NCBI GenBank assembly: GCA_964016885.1
Contig: OZ024742.1
Span: 226,486,001-226,550,000 of the forward strand
Direction: 5' to 3'
Origin: Eledone cirrhosa
Lineage: Eukaryota
DNA length: 64,000 nt
Below the pieces are notes generated by a model. That model had not been told where the DNA came from. It saw only the letters and a program-made list of their open reading frames with translations, and did no database searches. The stretch's first letter is position 1, and every line of letters starts with the position of its first letter. A program made the position numbers and the translations under genes. Positions 37,131 through 51,600 of this stretch are shown here, in pieces.

Positions 37131-39639
37131 TAGGTGGTGTTACTGCTGAAGTTGGTGGTGGTGTTAGTACTGTTACAGTAGGTGGTGTTACTGCTGTAGT
37201 TGGTGGAGGTGTTAGTACTGTTACAGTAGGTGGTGTTACTGCTGTAGTTGGTGGTGGTGTTAGTACTGTTACAGTAGTTGGTGTTACTGCTGTAGTTGGT
37301 GGTGGTGTTAGTACTGTTACAGTAGGTGGTGTTACTGCTGTAGTTGGTGGTGGTGTTAGTACTGTGACAGCAGGTGGTGTTACTGCTGTAGTTGGTGGTG
37401 GTGTTAGTACTGTTACAGTAGGTGGTGTTACTGCTGTAGTTGGTGGTGGTGTTAGTACTGTTACAGTAGTTGGTGTTACTGCTGTAGTTGGTGGTTGTGT
37501 TACTACTGTTACAGTAGGTGGTGTTACTGCTGTAGTTGGTGGTGGTGTTAGTACTGTTACAGTAGTTGGTGTTACTGCTGTAGTTGGTGGTGGTGTTAGT
37601 ACTGTTACAGTAGGTGGTGTTACTGCTGGAGTTGGTAGTGGTGTTAGTACTGTTATAGTAGGTGGTGTTACTGCTGTAGTTGGTGGTGGTGTTAGTACTG
37701 TTACAGTAGTTGGTGTTACTGCTGTAGTTGGTGGTGGTGTTAGTACTGTGACAGCAGGTGGTGTTACTGCTGTAGTTGGTGGTGGTGTTAGTACTGTTAC
37801 AGTAGGTGGTGTTACTGCTGTAGTTGGTGGTGGTGTTAGCACTGTTACAGTAGTTGGTGTTACTGCTGTAGTTGGTGGTGGTGTTACTACTGTTACAGTA
37901 GTTGGTGTTACTGCTGTAGTTGGTGGTGGTGTTAGTACTGTTACAGTAGTTGGTGTTACTGCTGTAGTTGGTGGTGGTTTGCCTACTGTTACAGTAGGTG
38001 ATGTTACTGCTGTAGTTGGTGGTGGTGTTAGTACTGTTACAGTAGGTGGTGTTACTGCTGTAGTTGCTGGTGGTGTTAGTACTGATACAGTAGGTGGTGT
38101 TACTCCTGGAGTTGGTAGTGGTGTTAATACTGTTACAGTAGGTGGTGTTACTGCTGTAGTTGGTGCTGGTGTTAGTACTGTGACAGTAGGTGGTGTTACT
38201 GCTGTAGTTGGTGGTGGTGTTAGTACTGTTACAGTAGGTGGTGTTACTGCTGTAGTTGGTGGTGGTGTTAGTACTGTTACAGTAGGTGGTGTTACTGCTG
38301 GAGTTGGTAGTGGTGTTAGTACTGTTACAGTAGTTGGTGTTACTGCTGTAGTTGGTGGTGTTGTTAGTACTGTTACAGTAGTTGGTGTTACTGCTGTAGT
38401 TGGTGGTGGTGTTAGTACTGTTACAGTAGGTGGTGTTACTGCTGTAGTTGGTAGTGGTGTTAGTACTGTTACAGTAGTTGGTGTTACTGCTGTAGTTGGT
38501 GGAGGTGTTAGTACTGTTACAGTAGGTGGTGTTACTGCTGTAGTTGGTGGTGGTGTTAGTACTGTTACAGTAGTTGGTGTTACTGCTCTAGTTGGTGGTG
38601 GTGTTAGTACTGTTACAGTAGCTGGTGATACTGCTGTAGTTGGTGGAGGTGTTAGTACTGTTACAGTAGGTGGTGTTACTGCTGTAGTTGGTGGTGGTGT
38701 TAGTACTGTTACAGTAGGTGGTGTTACTGCTGGAGTTGATAGTGGTGGTAGTACTGTTATAGTAGGTGGTGTTACTGCTGTAGTTGGTGGTGGTGTTAGT
38801 ACTGTTACAGTAGTTGGTGTTACTGCTGTAGTTGGTGGTGGTGTTAGTACTGTGACAGCAGGTGGTGTTACTGCTGTAGTTGGTGGTGGTGTTAGTACTG
38901 TTACAGTAGGTGGTGTTACTGCTGGAGTTGGTAGTGGTGTTAGTACTGTTACAGTAGTTGGTGTTACTGCTTTAGTTGGTGGTGGTGTTAGTACTGTTAC
39001 AGTAGTTGGTGTTACTGCTGTAGTTGGTGGTGGTGTTAGTGCTGTTACAGTAGGTGGTGTTACTGCTGTAGTTGGTGGTGGTGTTACTGCTGTAGTTGGT
39101 GGTGGTGTTAGTACTGTTACAGTAGTTGGTGTTACTGCTGTAGTTGGTGGTGGTGTTAGTACTGTGACAGTAGGTGGAATTACTGCTGTAGTTGGTAGTG
39201 GTGTTAGTACTGTTACAGTAGGTGGTGTTACTGCTGTAGTTGGTAGAGGTTTTAGTACTGTTACAGTAGGTTGTGTTACTGCTGTAGTTGGTTGTGGTGT
39301 TAATACTGTTACAGTAGTTGGTGTTACTGCTGTAGTTGGTGGTGGTGTTAGTACTGTTACAGTAGGTGCTGTTATTGCTGTAGTTGGTGGCGGTGTTACT
39401 GCTGTAGTTGGTGGTGGTGTTAGTACTGTTACAGTAGTTGGTGTTACTGCTGTAGTTGGTGGTGGTGTTAGTACTGTGACAGTAGGTGGAGTTACTGCTG
39501 TAGTTGGTAGTGGTGTTAGTACTGTTACAGTAGGTGGTGTTACTGCTGTAGTTGGTAGAGGTTTTAGTACTGTTACAGTAGGTTGTGTTACTGCTGTAGT
39601 TGCTAGTGGTGTTAGTACTGTTACAGTAGGTGGTGTTAC

Positions 39640-42230
39640 TGCTGTAGTTGGTGGTGGTGTTAGTACTGTTACAGTAGGTAGTGTTACTGCTGTAGTTGGT
39701 GGTGGTTTTAGTACTGTTACAGCGGGTGGTGTTACTGCTGTAGTTGGTGGTGGTGTTAGTACTGTTACAGTTGGTGGTGTTACTGCTGTAGTTGGTGGTG
39801 GTGTTAGTACTGTTACAGTAGGTGGTGTTACTGCTGTAGTTGGTGGTGGTGTTAGTACTGTTACAGTAGTTGGTGTTACTGCTGTAGATGGTGGTGGTGT
39901 TAGTACTGTGACAGTAGGTGGTGTACTGCTGTAGTTGGTGGTGGTGTTAGTACTGTTACAGTAGGTGGTGTTACTGCTGGAGTTGGTAGTGGTGTTAGTA
40001 CTGTTACAGTAGGTGGTGTTACTGCTGTAGTTGGTAGTGGTGTTAGTACTGTTACAGTAGTTGGTGTTACTGCTGTAGTTGGTGGTGGTGTTAGTACTGT
40101 GACAGTAGGTGGTGTTACTGCTGTAGTTGGTAGTGGTGTTAGTACTGTTACAGTAGGTGGTGTTACTGCTGTAGTTGGTAGAGGTTTTAGTACTGTTACA
40201 GTAGGTGGTGTTACTGCTGTAGTTGGTGGTGGTGTTAGTACTGTTACAGTAGGTGGTGTTACTGCTGTAGTTGGTGGTGGTGTTAGTAATGTTACAGTAG
40301 GTGGTGTTACTGCTGTAGTTGGTGGTGGTGTTAGTACTGTTACAGTAGGTAGTGTTACTGCTGTAGTTGGTAGTGGTGTTAGTACTGATACAGTAGGTGG
40401 TGTTACTGCTGTAGTTGGTGGTGGTGTTAGTACTGTTACAGTAGGTGGTGTTACTGCTGTAGTTGGTGCTGGTGTTAGTACTGTGACAGTAGGTGGTGTT
40501 ACTGCTGTAGTTGGTGGTGGTGTTAGTACTGTTACAGTAGGTGGTGTTACTGCTGGAGTTGGTAGTGGTTTTAGTACTGTTACAGTAGTTGGTGTTACTG
40601 CTGTAGTTGGTGGTGTTGTTAGTACTGTTACAGTAGGTGGTGTTACTGCTGTAGTTGGTAGTGGTGTTAGTACTGTTACAGTAGGTGGTGTTACTGCTGT
40701 AGTTGGTGGTGGTGTTAGTACTGTTACAGTAGGTGGTGTTACTGCTGTAGTTGGTGGTGGTGTTAGTACTGTTACAGTAGGTGGTGTTACTGCTGTAGTT
40801 GGTGGTGGTGTTAGTACTGTTACAGTAGGTGGTGTTACTGCTGTAGTTGGTGGTGGTGTTAGTACTGTTACAGTAGTTGGTGTTACTGCTGTAGTTGGTG
40901 GTGGTGTTAGTACTGTTACAGTAGGTGGTGTTACTGCTGTAGTTGGTAGTGGTGTTAGTACTGTTACAGTAGTTGGTGTTACTGCTGTAGTTGGTGGAGG
41001 TGTTAGTACTGTTACAGTAGGTGGTGTTACTGCTGTAGTTGGTGGTGGTGTTAGTACTGTTACAGTAGTTGGTGTTACTGCTGTAGTTGGTGGCGGTGTT
41101 AGTACTGTTACAGTAGGTGGTGTTACTGCTGGAGTTGGTAGTGGTGTTAGTACTGTTATAGTAGGTGGTGTTACTGCTGTAGTTGGTGGTGGTGTTAGTA
41201 CTGTTACAGTAGTTGGTGTTACTGCTGTAGTTGGTGGTGGTGTTAGTACTGTGACAGCAGGTGGTGTTACTGCTGTAGTTGGTGGTGGTGTTAGTACTGT
41301 TACAGTAGGTGGTGTTACTGCTGGAGTTGGTAGTGGTGTTAGTACTGTTACAGTAGTTGGTGTTACTGCTGTAGTTGGTGGTGGTGTTAGTACTGTTACA
41401 GTAGTTGGTGTTACTGCTGTACTTGGTGGTGGTGTTAATACTGTTACAGTAGTTGGTGTTACTGCTGTAGTTGGTGGTGGTGTTAGTACTGTTACAGTAG
41501 GTGCTGTTATTGCTGTAGTTGGTGGTGGTGTTAGTACTGTTACAGTAGGTAGTGTTACTGCTGTAGTTGGTGGTGGTTTTAGTACTGTTACAGCGGGTGG
41601 TGTTACTGCTGTAGTTGGTGGTGGTGTTAGTACTGTTACAGTTGGTGGTGTTACTGCTGTAGTTGGTGGTGGTGTTAGTACTGTTACAGTAGGTGGTGTT
41701 ACTGCTGTAGTTGGTGGTGGTGTTAGTACTGTTACAGTAGTTGGTGTTACTGCTGTAGATGGTGGTGGTGTTAGTACTGTGACAGTAGGTGGTGTACTGC
41801 TGTAGTTGGTGGTGGTGTTATTACTGTTACAGTAGGTGGTGTTACTGCTGGAGTTGGTAGTGGTGTTAGTACTGTTACAGTAGGTGGTGTTACTGCTGTA
41901 GTTGGTAGTGGTGTTAGTACTGTTACAGTAGTTGGTGTTACTGCTGTAGTTGGTGGTGGTGTTAGTACTGTGACAGTAGGTGGTGTTACTGCTGTAGTTG
42001 GTAGTGGTGTTAGTACTGTTACAGTAGGTGGTGTTACTGCTGTAGTTGGTAGAGGTTTTAGTACTGTTACAGTAGGTGGTGTTACTGCTGTAGTTGGTGG
42101 TGGTGTTAGTACTGTTACAGTAGGTGGTGTTACTGCTGTAGTTGGTGGTGGTGTTAGTAATGTTACAGTAGGTGGTGTTACTGCTGTAGTTGGTGGTGGT
42201 GTTAGTACTGTTACAGTAGGTAGTGTTACT
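39640..42230 (+). repeat. Partial higher-order duplication, 1871-bp period
   Basis: ORF coordinates 39934/41805 and 40099/41970 are offset by 1871 = 39x48 - 1. Shared variants are ACAGCGGG, GTAGATGG and the deletion GGTGTACTGC (about 39924, 41795). Confidence 0.85.
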
Positions 42231-45200
42231 GCTGTAGTTGGTGGTGGTGTTAGTACTGTTACATTAGTTGGTGTTACTGCTGTAGTTGGTGGTGGTGTTA
42301 GTACTGTTACAGTAGGTGGTGTTACTGCTGTAGTTGGTGGAGGTGTTAGTACTGTTACAGTAGTTGGTGTTACTGCTGTAGTTGGTAGTGGTGTTAGTAC
42401 TGTTACAGTAGTTGGTGTTACTTCTGTAGTTGGTGGAGGTGTTAGTACTGTTACAGTAGGTGGTGTTACTGCTGTAGTTGGTGGTGGTGTTAGTACTGTT
42501 ACAGTAGGTGGTGATACTGCTGTAGTTGGTGGAGGTGTTAGTACTGTTACAGTAGGTGGTGTTACTGCTGTAGTTGGTGGAGGTCTTAGTACTGTTAGAG
42601 TAGGTGGGGTTACTGCTGTAGTTGGTGGTGGTGTTAGTACTGTGACAGTAGGTGGTGTTACTGCTGTAGTTGGTGGTGGTGTTAGTACTGTTACAGTTGG
42701 TGGTGTTACTGCTGTAGTTGGTGGAGGTGTTAGTACTGTTACAGTAGGGGGTGTTACTGCTGTAGTTGGTGGTGGTGTTAGTACTGTTACAGTAGGTGGT
42801 GATACTGCTGTAGTTGGTGGAGGTGTTAGTACTGTTACAGTAGTTGGTGTTACTGCTGTAGTTGGTGGTGGTGTTAGTACTGTTACAGTAGTTGGTGTTA
42901 CTGCTGTAGTTGGTGGTGGTGTTAGTACTGTTACAGTAGTTGGTGTTACTGCTGTAGTTGGTGGTGGTATTAGTACTGTGACAGCAGGTGGTGTTACTGC
43001 TGTAGTTGGTGGTGGTGTTAGTACTGTTACAGTAGGTGGTGTTACTGCTGTATTTGGTGGTGGTGTTAGTACTGTTACAGTAGTTGGTGTTACTGCTGTA
43101 GTTGGTGGTTGTGTTACTACTGTTACAGTAGGTGGTGTTACTGCTGTAGTTGGTGGTGGTGTTAGTACTGTTACAGTAGTTGGTGTTACTGCTGTAGTTG
43201 GTGGTGGTGTTAGTACTGTTACACTAGGTGGTGTTACTGCTGGAGTTGGTAGTGGTGTTAGTACTGTTATAGTAGGTGGTGTTACTGCTGTAGTTGGTGG
43301 TGGTGTTAGTACTGTTACAGTAGTTGGTGTTACTGCTGTAGTTGGTGGTGGTGTTAGTACTGTGACAGCAGGTGGTGTTACTGCTGTAGTTGGTGGTGGT
43401 GTTAGTACTGTTACAGTAGGTGGTGTTACTGCTGTAGTTGGTGGTGGTGTTAGCACTGTTACAGTAGTTGGTGTTACTGCTGTAGTTGGTGGTGGTGTTA
43501 CTACTGTTACAGTAGTTGGTGTTACTGCTGTAGTTGGTGGTGGTGTTAGTACTGTTACAGTAGTTGGTGTTACTGCTGTAGTTGGTGGTGGTTTGCCTAC
43601 TGTTACAGTAGGTGATGTTACTGCTGTAGTTGGTGGTGGTGTTAGTACTGTTACAGTAGGTGGTGTTACTGCTGTAGTTGCTGGTGGTGTTAGTACTGAT
43701 ACAGTAGGTGGTGTTACTCCTGGAGTTGGTAGTGGTGTTAATACTGTTACAGTAGGTGGTGTTACTGCTGTAGTTGGTCCTGGTGTTAGTACTGTGACAG
43801 TAGGTGGTGTTACTGCTGTAGTTGGTGGTGGTGTTAGTACTGTTACAGTAGTTGGTGTTACTGCTGTAGTTGGTGGTGTTTTGCCTACTGTGACAGTAGG
43901 TGGTGTTACTGCTGTAGTTGGTGGTGGTGTTAGTACTGTTACAGTAGGTGGTGTTACTGCTGGAGTTGGTAGTGGTTTTAGTACTGTTACAGTAGGTAGT
44001 GTTACTGCTGTAGTTGGTGGTGGTGTTACTACTGTTACAGTAGTTGGTGTTACTGCTGTAGTTGGTGGTGTTGTTAGTACTGTTACAGTAGTTGGTGTTA
44101 CTGCTGTAGTTGGTGGTGGTGTTAGTACTGTTACAGTAGGTGGTGTTACTGCTGTAGTTGGTAGTGGTGTTAGTACTGTTACAGTAGTTGGTGTTACTGC
44201 TGTAGTTGGTGGAGGTGTTAGTACTGTTACAGTAGGTGGTGTTACTGCTGTAGTTGGTGGTGGTGTTAGTACTGTTACAGTAGCTGGTGATACTGCTGTA
44301 GTTGGTGGAGGTGTTAGTACTGTTACAGTAGGTGGTGTTACTGCTGTAGTTGGTGGTGGTGTTAGTACTGTTACAGTAGGTGGTGTTACTGCTGTAGTTG
44401 GTGGTGGTGTTAGTACTGTTACAGTAGGTGGTGTTACTGCTGGAGTTGGTAGTGGTGTTAGTACTGTTATAGTAGGTGGTGTTACTGCTGTAGTTGGTGG
44501 TGGTGTTAGTACTGTTACAGTAGTTGGTGTTACTGCTGTAGTTGGTGGCGGTGTTAGTACTGTTACAGTAGGTGGTGTTACTGCTGTAGTTGGTGGTGGT
44601 GTTAGTACTGTGACAGCAGGTGGTGTTACTGCTGTAGTTGGTGGTGGTGTTAGTACTGTTACAGTAGGTGGTGTTACTGCTGGAGTTGGTAGTGGTGTTA
44701 GTACTGTTACAGTAGTTGGTGTTACTGCTGTAGTTGGTGGTGGTGTTAGTACTGTTACAGTAGTTGGTGTAACTGCTGTAGTTGGTGGTGGTGTTAGTGC
44801 TGTTACAGTAGGTGGTGTTACTGCTGTAGTTGGTGGTGGTGTTACTGCTGTAGTTGGTGGTGGTGTTAGTACTGTTACAGTAGTTGGTGTTACTGCTGTA
44901 GTTGGTGGTGGTGTTAGTACTGTGACAGTAGGTGGAGTTACTGCTGTAGTTGGTAGTGGTGTTAGTACTGTTACAGTAGGTGGTGTTACTGCTGTAGTTG
45001 GTAGAGGTTTTAGTACTGTTACAGTAGGTGGTGTTACTGCTGTAGTTGGTGGTGGTGTTAATACTGTTACAGTAGTTGGTGTTACTGCTGTAGTTGGTGG
45101 TGGTGTTAGTACTGTTACAGTAGGTGCTGTTATTGCTGTAGTTGGTGGTGGTGTTAGTACTGTTACAGTAGGTAGTGTTACTGCTGTAGTTAGTGGTGGT

Positions 45201-48200
45201 ATTAGTACTGTTACAGAAGGTGGTGTTACTGCCCTAGTTGGTAGTGGTGTTAGTACTGTTACAGTAGTTGGTGTTACTGCTGTAGTTGGTAGTGGTGTTA
45301 GTTAGTTACAGTAGGTGGTGTTACTGCTGTAGTTTGTAGTGGTGTTAGTACTGTTACAGTAGGGGGTGTTACTGCTGTAGTTCGTGGTGGTGTTAGTACT
45401 GTTACAGTAGGTGGTGTTACTGCTGTAGTTGGTGGTGGTGTTAGTACTGTTACTGGAGGTGGTGTTCCTGCTCTAGTTGGTGGGTGTGTTAGTACTGTTA
45501 CAGTAGTTGGTGTTACTGCTGTAGTTGGTGGTGGTGTTACTACTGTTACAGTAGGTGGTGTTACTGCTGTAGTTGGTGGTGGTGTTAGTACTGTTACAGT
45601 AGGTGGTGTTACTGCTGTAGTTGGTGGTGGTGTTAGTAATGTTACAGTAGGTGGTGTTACTGCTGTAGTTGGTGGTGGTGTTAGTACTGTTACAGTAGGT
45701 GGTGTTACTGCTGTAGTTGGTGGTGGTGTTAGTACTGTTACAGTAGGTGGTGTTACTGCTGTAGTTGGTGGTGGTGTTAGTAATGTTACAGTAGGTGGTG
45801 TTACTGCTGTAGTTGGTGGTGGTGTTAGTACTGTTACAGTAGGTAGTGTTACTGCTGTAGTTGGTGGTGGTGTTAGTACTGTTACATTAGTTGGTGTTAC
45901 TGCTGTAGTTGGTGGTGGTGTTAGTACTGTTACAGTAGGTGGTGTTACTGCTGTAGTTGGTGGAGGTGTTAGTACTGTTACAGTAGTTGGTGTTACTGCT
46001 GTAGTTGGTAGTGGTGTTAGTACTGTTACAGTAGTTGGTGTTACTTCTGTAGTTGGTGGAGGTGTTAGTACTGTTACAGTAGGTGGTGTTACTGCTGTAG
46101 TTGGTGGTGGTGTTAGTACTGTTACAGTAGGTGGTGATACTGCTGTAGTTGGTGGAGGTGTTAGTACTGTTACAGTAGGTGGTGTTACTGCTGTAGTTGG
46201 TGGAGGTCTTAGTACTGTTAGAGTAGGTGGTGTTACTGCTGTAGTTGGTGGTGGTGTTAGTACTGTGACAGTAGGTGGTGTTACTGCTGTAGTTGGTGGT
46301 GGTGTTAGTACTGTTACAGTTGGTGGTGTTACTGCTGTAGTTGGTGGAGGTGTTAGTACTGTTACAGTAGGGGGTGTTACTGCTGTAGTTGGTGGTGGTG
46401 TTAGTACTGTTACAGTAGGTGGTGATACTGCTGTAGTTGGTGGAGGTGTTAGTACTGTTACAGTAGTTGGTGTTACTGCTGTAGTTGGTGGTGGTGTTAG
46501 TACTGTTACAGTAGTTGGTGTTACTGCTGTAGTTGGTGGTGGTGTTAGTACTGTTACAGTAGTTGGTGTTACTGCTGTAGTTGGTGGTGGTATTAGTACT
46601 GTGAATCCAGGTGGTGTTACTGCTGTAGTTGGTGGTGGTGTTAGTACTGTTACAGTAGGTGGTGTTACTGCTGTAGTTGGTGGTGGTGTTAGTACTGTTA
46701 CAGTAGTTGGTGTTACTGCTGTAGTTGGTGGTTGTGTTACTACTGTTACAGTAGGTGGTGTTACTGCTGTAGTTGGTGGTGGTGTTAGTACTGTTACAGT
46801 AGTTGGTGTTACTGCTGTAGTTGGTGGTGGTGTTAGTACTGTTACACTAGGTGGTGTTACTGCTGGAGTTGGTAGTGGTGTTAGTACTGTTATAGTAGGT
46901 GGTGTTACTGCTGTAGTTGGTGGTGGTGTTAGTACTGTTACAGTAGTTGGTGTTACTGCTGTAGTTGGTGGTGGTGTTAGTACTGTGACAGCAGGTGGTG
47001 TTACTGCTGTAGTTGGTGGTGGTGTTAGTACTGTTACAGTAGGTGGTGTTACTGCTGTAGTTGGTGGTGGTGTTAGCACTGTTACAGTAGTTGGTGTTAC
47101 TGCTGTAGTTGGTGGTGGTGTTACTACTGTTACAGTAGTTGGTGTTACTGCTGTAGTTGGTGGTGGTGTTAGTACTGTTACAGTAGTTGGTGTTACTGCT
47201 GTAGTTGGTGGTGGTTTGCCTACTGTTACAGTAGGTGATGTTACTGCTGTAGTTGGTGGTGGTGTTAGTACTGTTACAGTAGGTGGTGTTACTGCTGTAG
47301 TTGCTGGTGGTGTTAGTACTGATACAGTAGGTGGTGTTACTCCTGGAGTTGGTAGTGGTGTTAATACTGTTACAGTAGGTGGTGTTACTGCTGTAGTTGG
47401 TGCTGGTGTTAGTACTGTGACAGTAGGTGGTGTTACTGCTGTAGTTGGTGGTGGTGTTAGTACTGTTACAGTAGGTGGTGTTACTGCTGGAGTTGGTGGT
47501 GGTGTTAGTACTGTTACAGTAGTTGGTGTTACTGCTGTAGTTGGTGGTGGTGTTAGTACTGTTACAGTAGTTGGTGTTACTGCTGTAGTTGGTGGTGGTG
47601 TTAGTACTGTTACAGTAGGTGGTGTTACTGCTGTAGTTGGTAGTGGTGTTAGTACTGTTACAGTAGTTGGTGTTACTGCTGTAGTTGGTGGAGGTGTTAG
47701 TACTGTTACAGTAGGTGGTGTTACTGCTGTAGTTGGTGGTGGTGTTAGTACTGTTACAGTAGCTGGTGATACTGCTGTAGTTGGTGGAGGTGTTAGTACT
47801 GTTACAGTAGGTGGTGTTACTGCTGTAGTTGGTGGTGGTGTTAGTACTGTTACAGTAGTTGGTGTTACTGCTGTAGTTGGTGGCGGTGTTAGTACTGTTA
47901 CAGTAGGTGGTGTTACTGCTGTAGTTGGTGGTGGTGTTAGTACTGTGACAGCAGGTGGTGTTACTGCTGTAGTTGGTGGTGGTGTTAGTACTGTTACAGT
48001 AGGTGGTGTTACTGCTGGAGTTGGTAGTGGTGTTAGTACTGTTACAGTAGTTGGTGTTACTGCTGTAGTTGGTGGTGGTGTTAGTACTGTTACAGTAGTT
48101 GGTGTAACTGCTGTAGTTGGTGGTGGTGTTAGTGCTGTTACAGTAGGTGGTGTTACTGCTGTAGTTGGTGGTGGTGTTACTGCTGTAGTTGGTGGTGGTG

Positions 48201-48640
48201 TTAGTACTGTTACAGTAGTTGGTGTTACTGCTGTAGTTGGTGGTGGTGTTAGTACTGTGACAGTAGGTGGAGTTACTGCTGTAGTTGGTAGTGGTGTTAG
48301 TACTGTTACAGTAGGTGGTGTTACTGCTGTAGTTGGTAGAGGTTTTAGTACTGTTACAGTAGGTGGTGTTACTGCTGTAGTTGGTGGTGGTGTTAATACT
48401 GTTACAGTAGTTGGTGTTACTGCTGTAGTTGGTGGTGGTGTTAGTACTGTTACAGTAGGTGCTGTTATTGCTGTAGTTGGTGGTGGTGTTAGTACTGTTA
48501 CAGTAGGTAGTGTTACTGCTGTAGTTAGTGGTGGTATTAGTACTGTTACAGAAGGTGGTGTTACTGCCCTAGTTGGTAGTGGTGTTAGTACTGTTACAGT
48601 AGTTGGTGTTACTGCTGTAGTTGGTAGTGGTGTTAGTTAG
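42060..48640 (+). repeat. Higher-order duplication, 3623-bp period (3335 bp in its right part)
   Basis: Offset 43456/47079 = 3623 (75.5x48 - 1). Offset 45305/48640 = 3335 (6 monomers fewer). Shared AGTAATG (42158/45781), ACATTAG, ACTTCT and GGAGGTCTT variants. Confidence 0.87.
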
Positions 48641-51600
48641 TTACAGTAGGTGGTGTTACTGCTGTAGTTGGTTGTGGTGTTAGTACTGTTACAGAAGGTG
48701 GTGTTACTGCTGTAGTTTGTAGTGGTGTTAGTACTGTTACAGTAGGGGGTGTTACTGCTGTAGTTCGTGGTGGTGTTAGTACTGTTACAGTAGGTGGTGT
48801 TACTGCTGTAGTTGGTGGTGGTGTTAGTACTGTTACTGGAGGTGGTGTTCCTGCTCTAGTTGGTGGGTGTGTTAGTACTGTTACAGTAGTTGGTGTTACT
48901 GCTGTAGTTGGTGGTGGTGTTACTACTGTTACAGTAGGTGGAGTTACTGCTGTAGTTGGTGGTGGTGTTAGTACTGTTACAATAGGTGGTGTTACTGCTG
49001 TAGTTGGTGGTGGTGTTAGTACTGTTACAGTAGGTGGTGTTACTGCTGTAGTTGGTGGTGGTGTTAGTACTGTTACAATAGGTGGTGTTACTGCTGTAGT
49101 TGGTGGTGGTGTTAGTACTGTTACAGTAGGTGGTGTTACTGCTGTAGTTGGTGGTGGTGTTAGTACTGTTATAGTAGGTGGTGTTACTGCTGTAGTTGGT
49201 GGTGGTGTTAGTACTGTTATAGTAGGTGGTGTTACTGCTGTAGTTGGTGGTGGTGTTAGTACTGTTATAGTAGGTGGTGTTACTGCTGTAGTTGGTGGTG
49301 GTGTTAGTACTGTTACAGTAGGTGGTGTTACTGCTGTAGTTGGTGGTGGTGTTAGTACTGTTATAGTAGGTGGTGTTACTGCTGTAGTTGGTAGTGGTGT
49401 TAGTACTGTTACAGTAGGTGGTGTTACTGCTGTAGTTGGTGGAGGTCTTAGTACTGTTAGAGTAGGTGGTGTTACTGCTGTAGTTGGTGGTGGTGTTAGT
49501 ACTGTTACAGTAGGTGGTGCTACTGCTGTAGTTGGTGGTGGTATTAGTACTGTTACAGTAGGTGGTGTTACTGCTGTAGTTGGTGGTGGTATTAGTACTG
49601 TTACAGTAGGTGGTGTTACTGCTGTAGTTGGTGGAGGTGTTAGTACTGTTACAGTAGGTGGTGTTACTGCTGTAGTTGGTGGTGGTGTTAGTACTGTTAC
49701 AGTAGGTGGTGTTACTGCTGTAGTTGGTGGAGGTGTTAATTTGTACTGTTACAGTAGGTGGTGATACTGCTGTAGTTGGTGGTGGTGTTAGTACTGTTAC
49801 AGTAGGTGGTGTTACTGCTGTAGTTGTTAGTGGTGTTAGTACTGTTACAGTAGTTGGTGTTACTGCTGTAGTTGGTAGTGGTGTTAGTACTGTTACAGTA
49901 GGTGGTGTTACTGCTGTAGTTGTTAGTGGTGTTAGTACTGTTACAGTAGTTGGTGTTACTGCTGTAGTTGGTGGTGGTGTTAGTACTGTTACAGTAGGTG
50001 GTGTTACTTCTGTATTTGGTGGTGGTGTTAGTACTGTTACAGTAGGTGGTGTTACTGCTGTAGTTGGTGGTCGTGTTAGTACTGTTACAGTAGGTGGTGT
50101 TACTGCTGTATTTGGTGGTGGTGTTACTACTGTTACAGTAGGTGGTGTTACTGCTGTATTTGGTAGTGGTGTTAGTACTGTTACACTAGGTGGTGTTACT
50201 GCTGTAGTTGGTGGTGTTAGTACTGTTACAGTAGGTGGTGTTACTGCTTTAGTTGGTGGTGGTGTTAGTACTGTTACAGAAGGTGGTGTTACTGCTCTAG
50301 TTGGTAGTGGTGTTAGTACTGTTACAGTAGTTGGTGTTACTGCTGTAGTTGGTAGTGGTGTTAGTTAGTTACAGTAGGTGGTGTTACTGCTGTAGTTGGT
50401 TGTGGTGTTAGTACTGTTACAGAAGGTGGTGTTACTGCTGTAGTTTGTAGTGGTGTTAGTACTGTTACAGTAGGTGGTGTTACTGCTGTAGTTTGTGGTG
50501 GTGTTAGTACTGTTACAGTAGGTGGTGTTACTGCTGTAGTTGGTGGTGGTGTTAGTACTGTTACAGTAGGTGGTGTTCCTGCTCTAGTTGGTGGGTGTGT
50601 TAGTACTGTTACAGTAGGTGGTGTTACTGCTGTAGTTGGTGGTGGTGTTAGTACTGTTACAGTAGGTGGTGTTACTGCTGTAGTTGGTGGTGGTGTTAGT
50701 ACTGTTATAGTAGGTGGTGTTACTGCTGTAGTTGGTGGTGGTGTTAGTACTGTTATAGTAGGTGGTGTTACTGCTGTAGTTGGTGGTGGTGTTAGTACTG
50801 TTACAGTAGGTGGTGTTACTGAGGTAGTTGGTGGTGGTGTTAGTACTGTTATAGTAGGTGGTGTTACTGCTGTAGTTGGTAGTGGTGTTAGTACTGTTAC
50901 AGTAGGTGGTGTTACTGCTGTAGTTGGTGGTGGTGTTAGTACTGTTACAGTATGGTGGTGTTACTGCTGTAGTTGGTGGTGGTGTTAGTACTGTTACAGT
51001 AGGTGGTGTTACTGCTGTAGTTGGTGGAGGTGTTAGTACTGTTACAGTAGTTGGTGTTACTGCTGTAGTTGGTGGTGGTGTTAGTACTGTTACAGTAGTT
51101 GGTGTTACTGCTGTAGTTGGTGGTGGTGTTAGTACTGTTACAGTAGTTGGTGTTACTGCTGTAGTTGGTGGTGGTATTAGTACTGTGAATCCAGGTGGTG
51201 TTACTGCTGTAGTTGGTGGTGGTGTTAGTACTGTTACAGTAGGTGGTGTTACTGCTGTAGTTGGTGGTGGTGTTAGTACTGTTACAGTAGTTGGTGTTAC
51301 TGCTGTAGTTGGTGGTTGTGTTACTACTGTTACAGTAGGTGGTGTTACTGCTGTAGTTGGTGGTGGTGTTAGTACTGTTACAGTAGTTGGTGTTACTGCT
51401 GTAGTTGGTGGTGGTGTTAGTACTGTTACACTAGGTGGTGTTACTGCTGGAGTTGGTAGTGGTGTTAGTACTGTTATAGTAGGTGGTGTTACTGCTGTAG
51501 TTGGTGGTGGTGTTAGTACTGTTACAGTAGTTGGTGTTACTGCTGTAGTTGGTGGTGGTGTTAGTACTGTGACAGCAGGTGGTGTTACTGCTGTAGTTGG

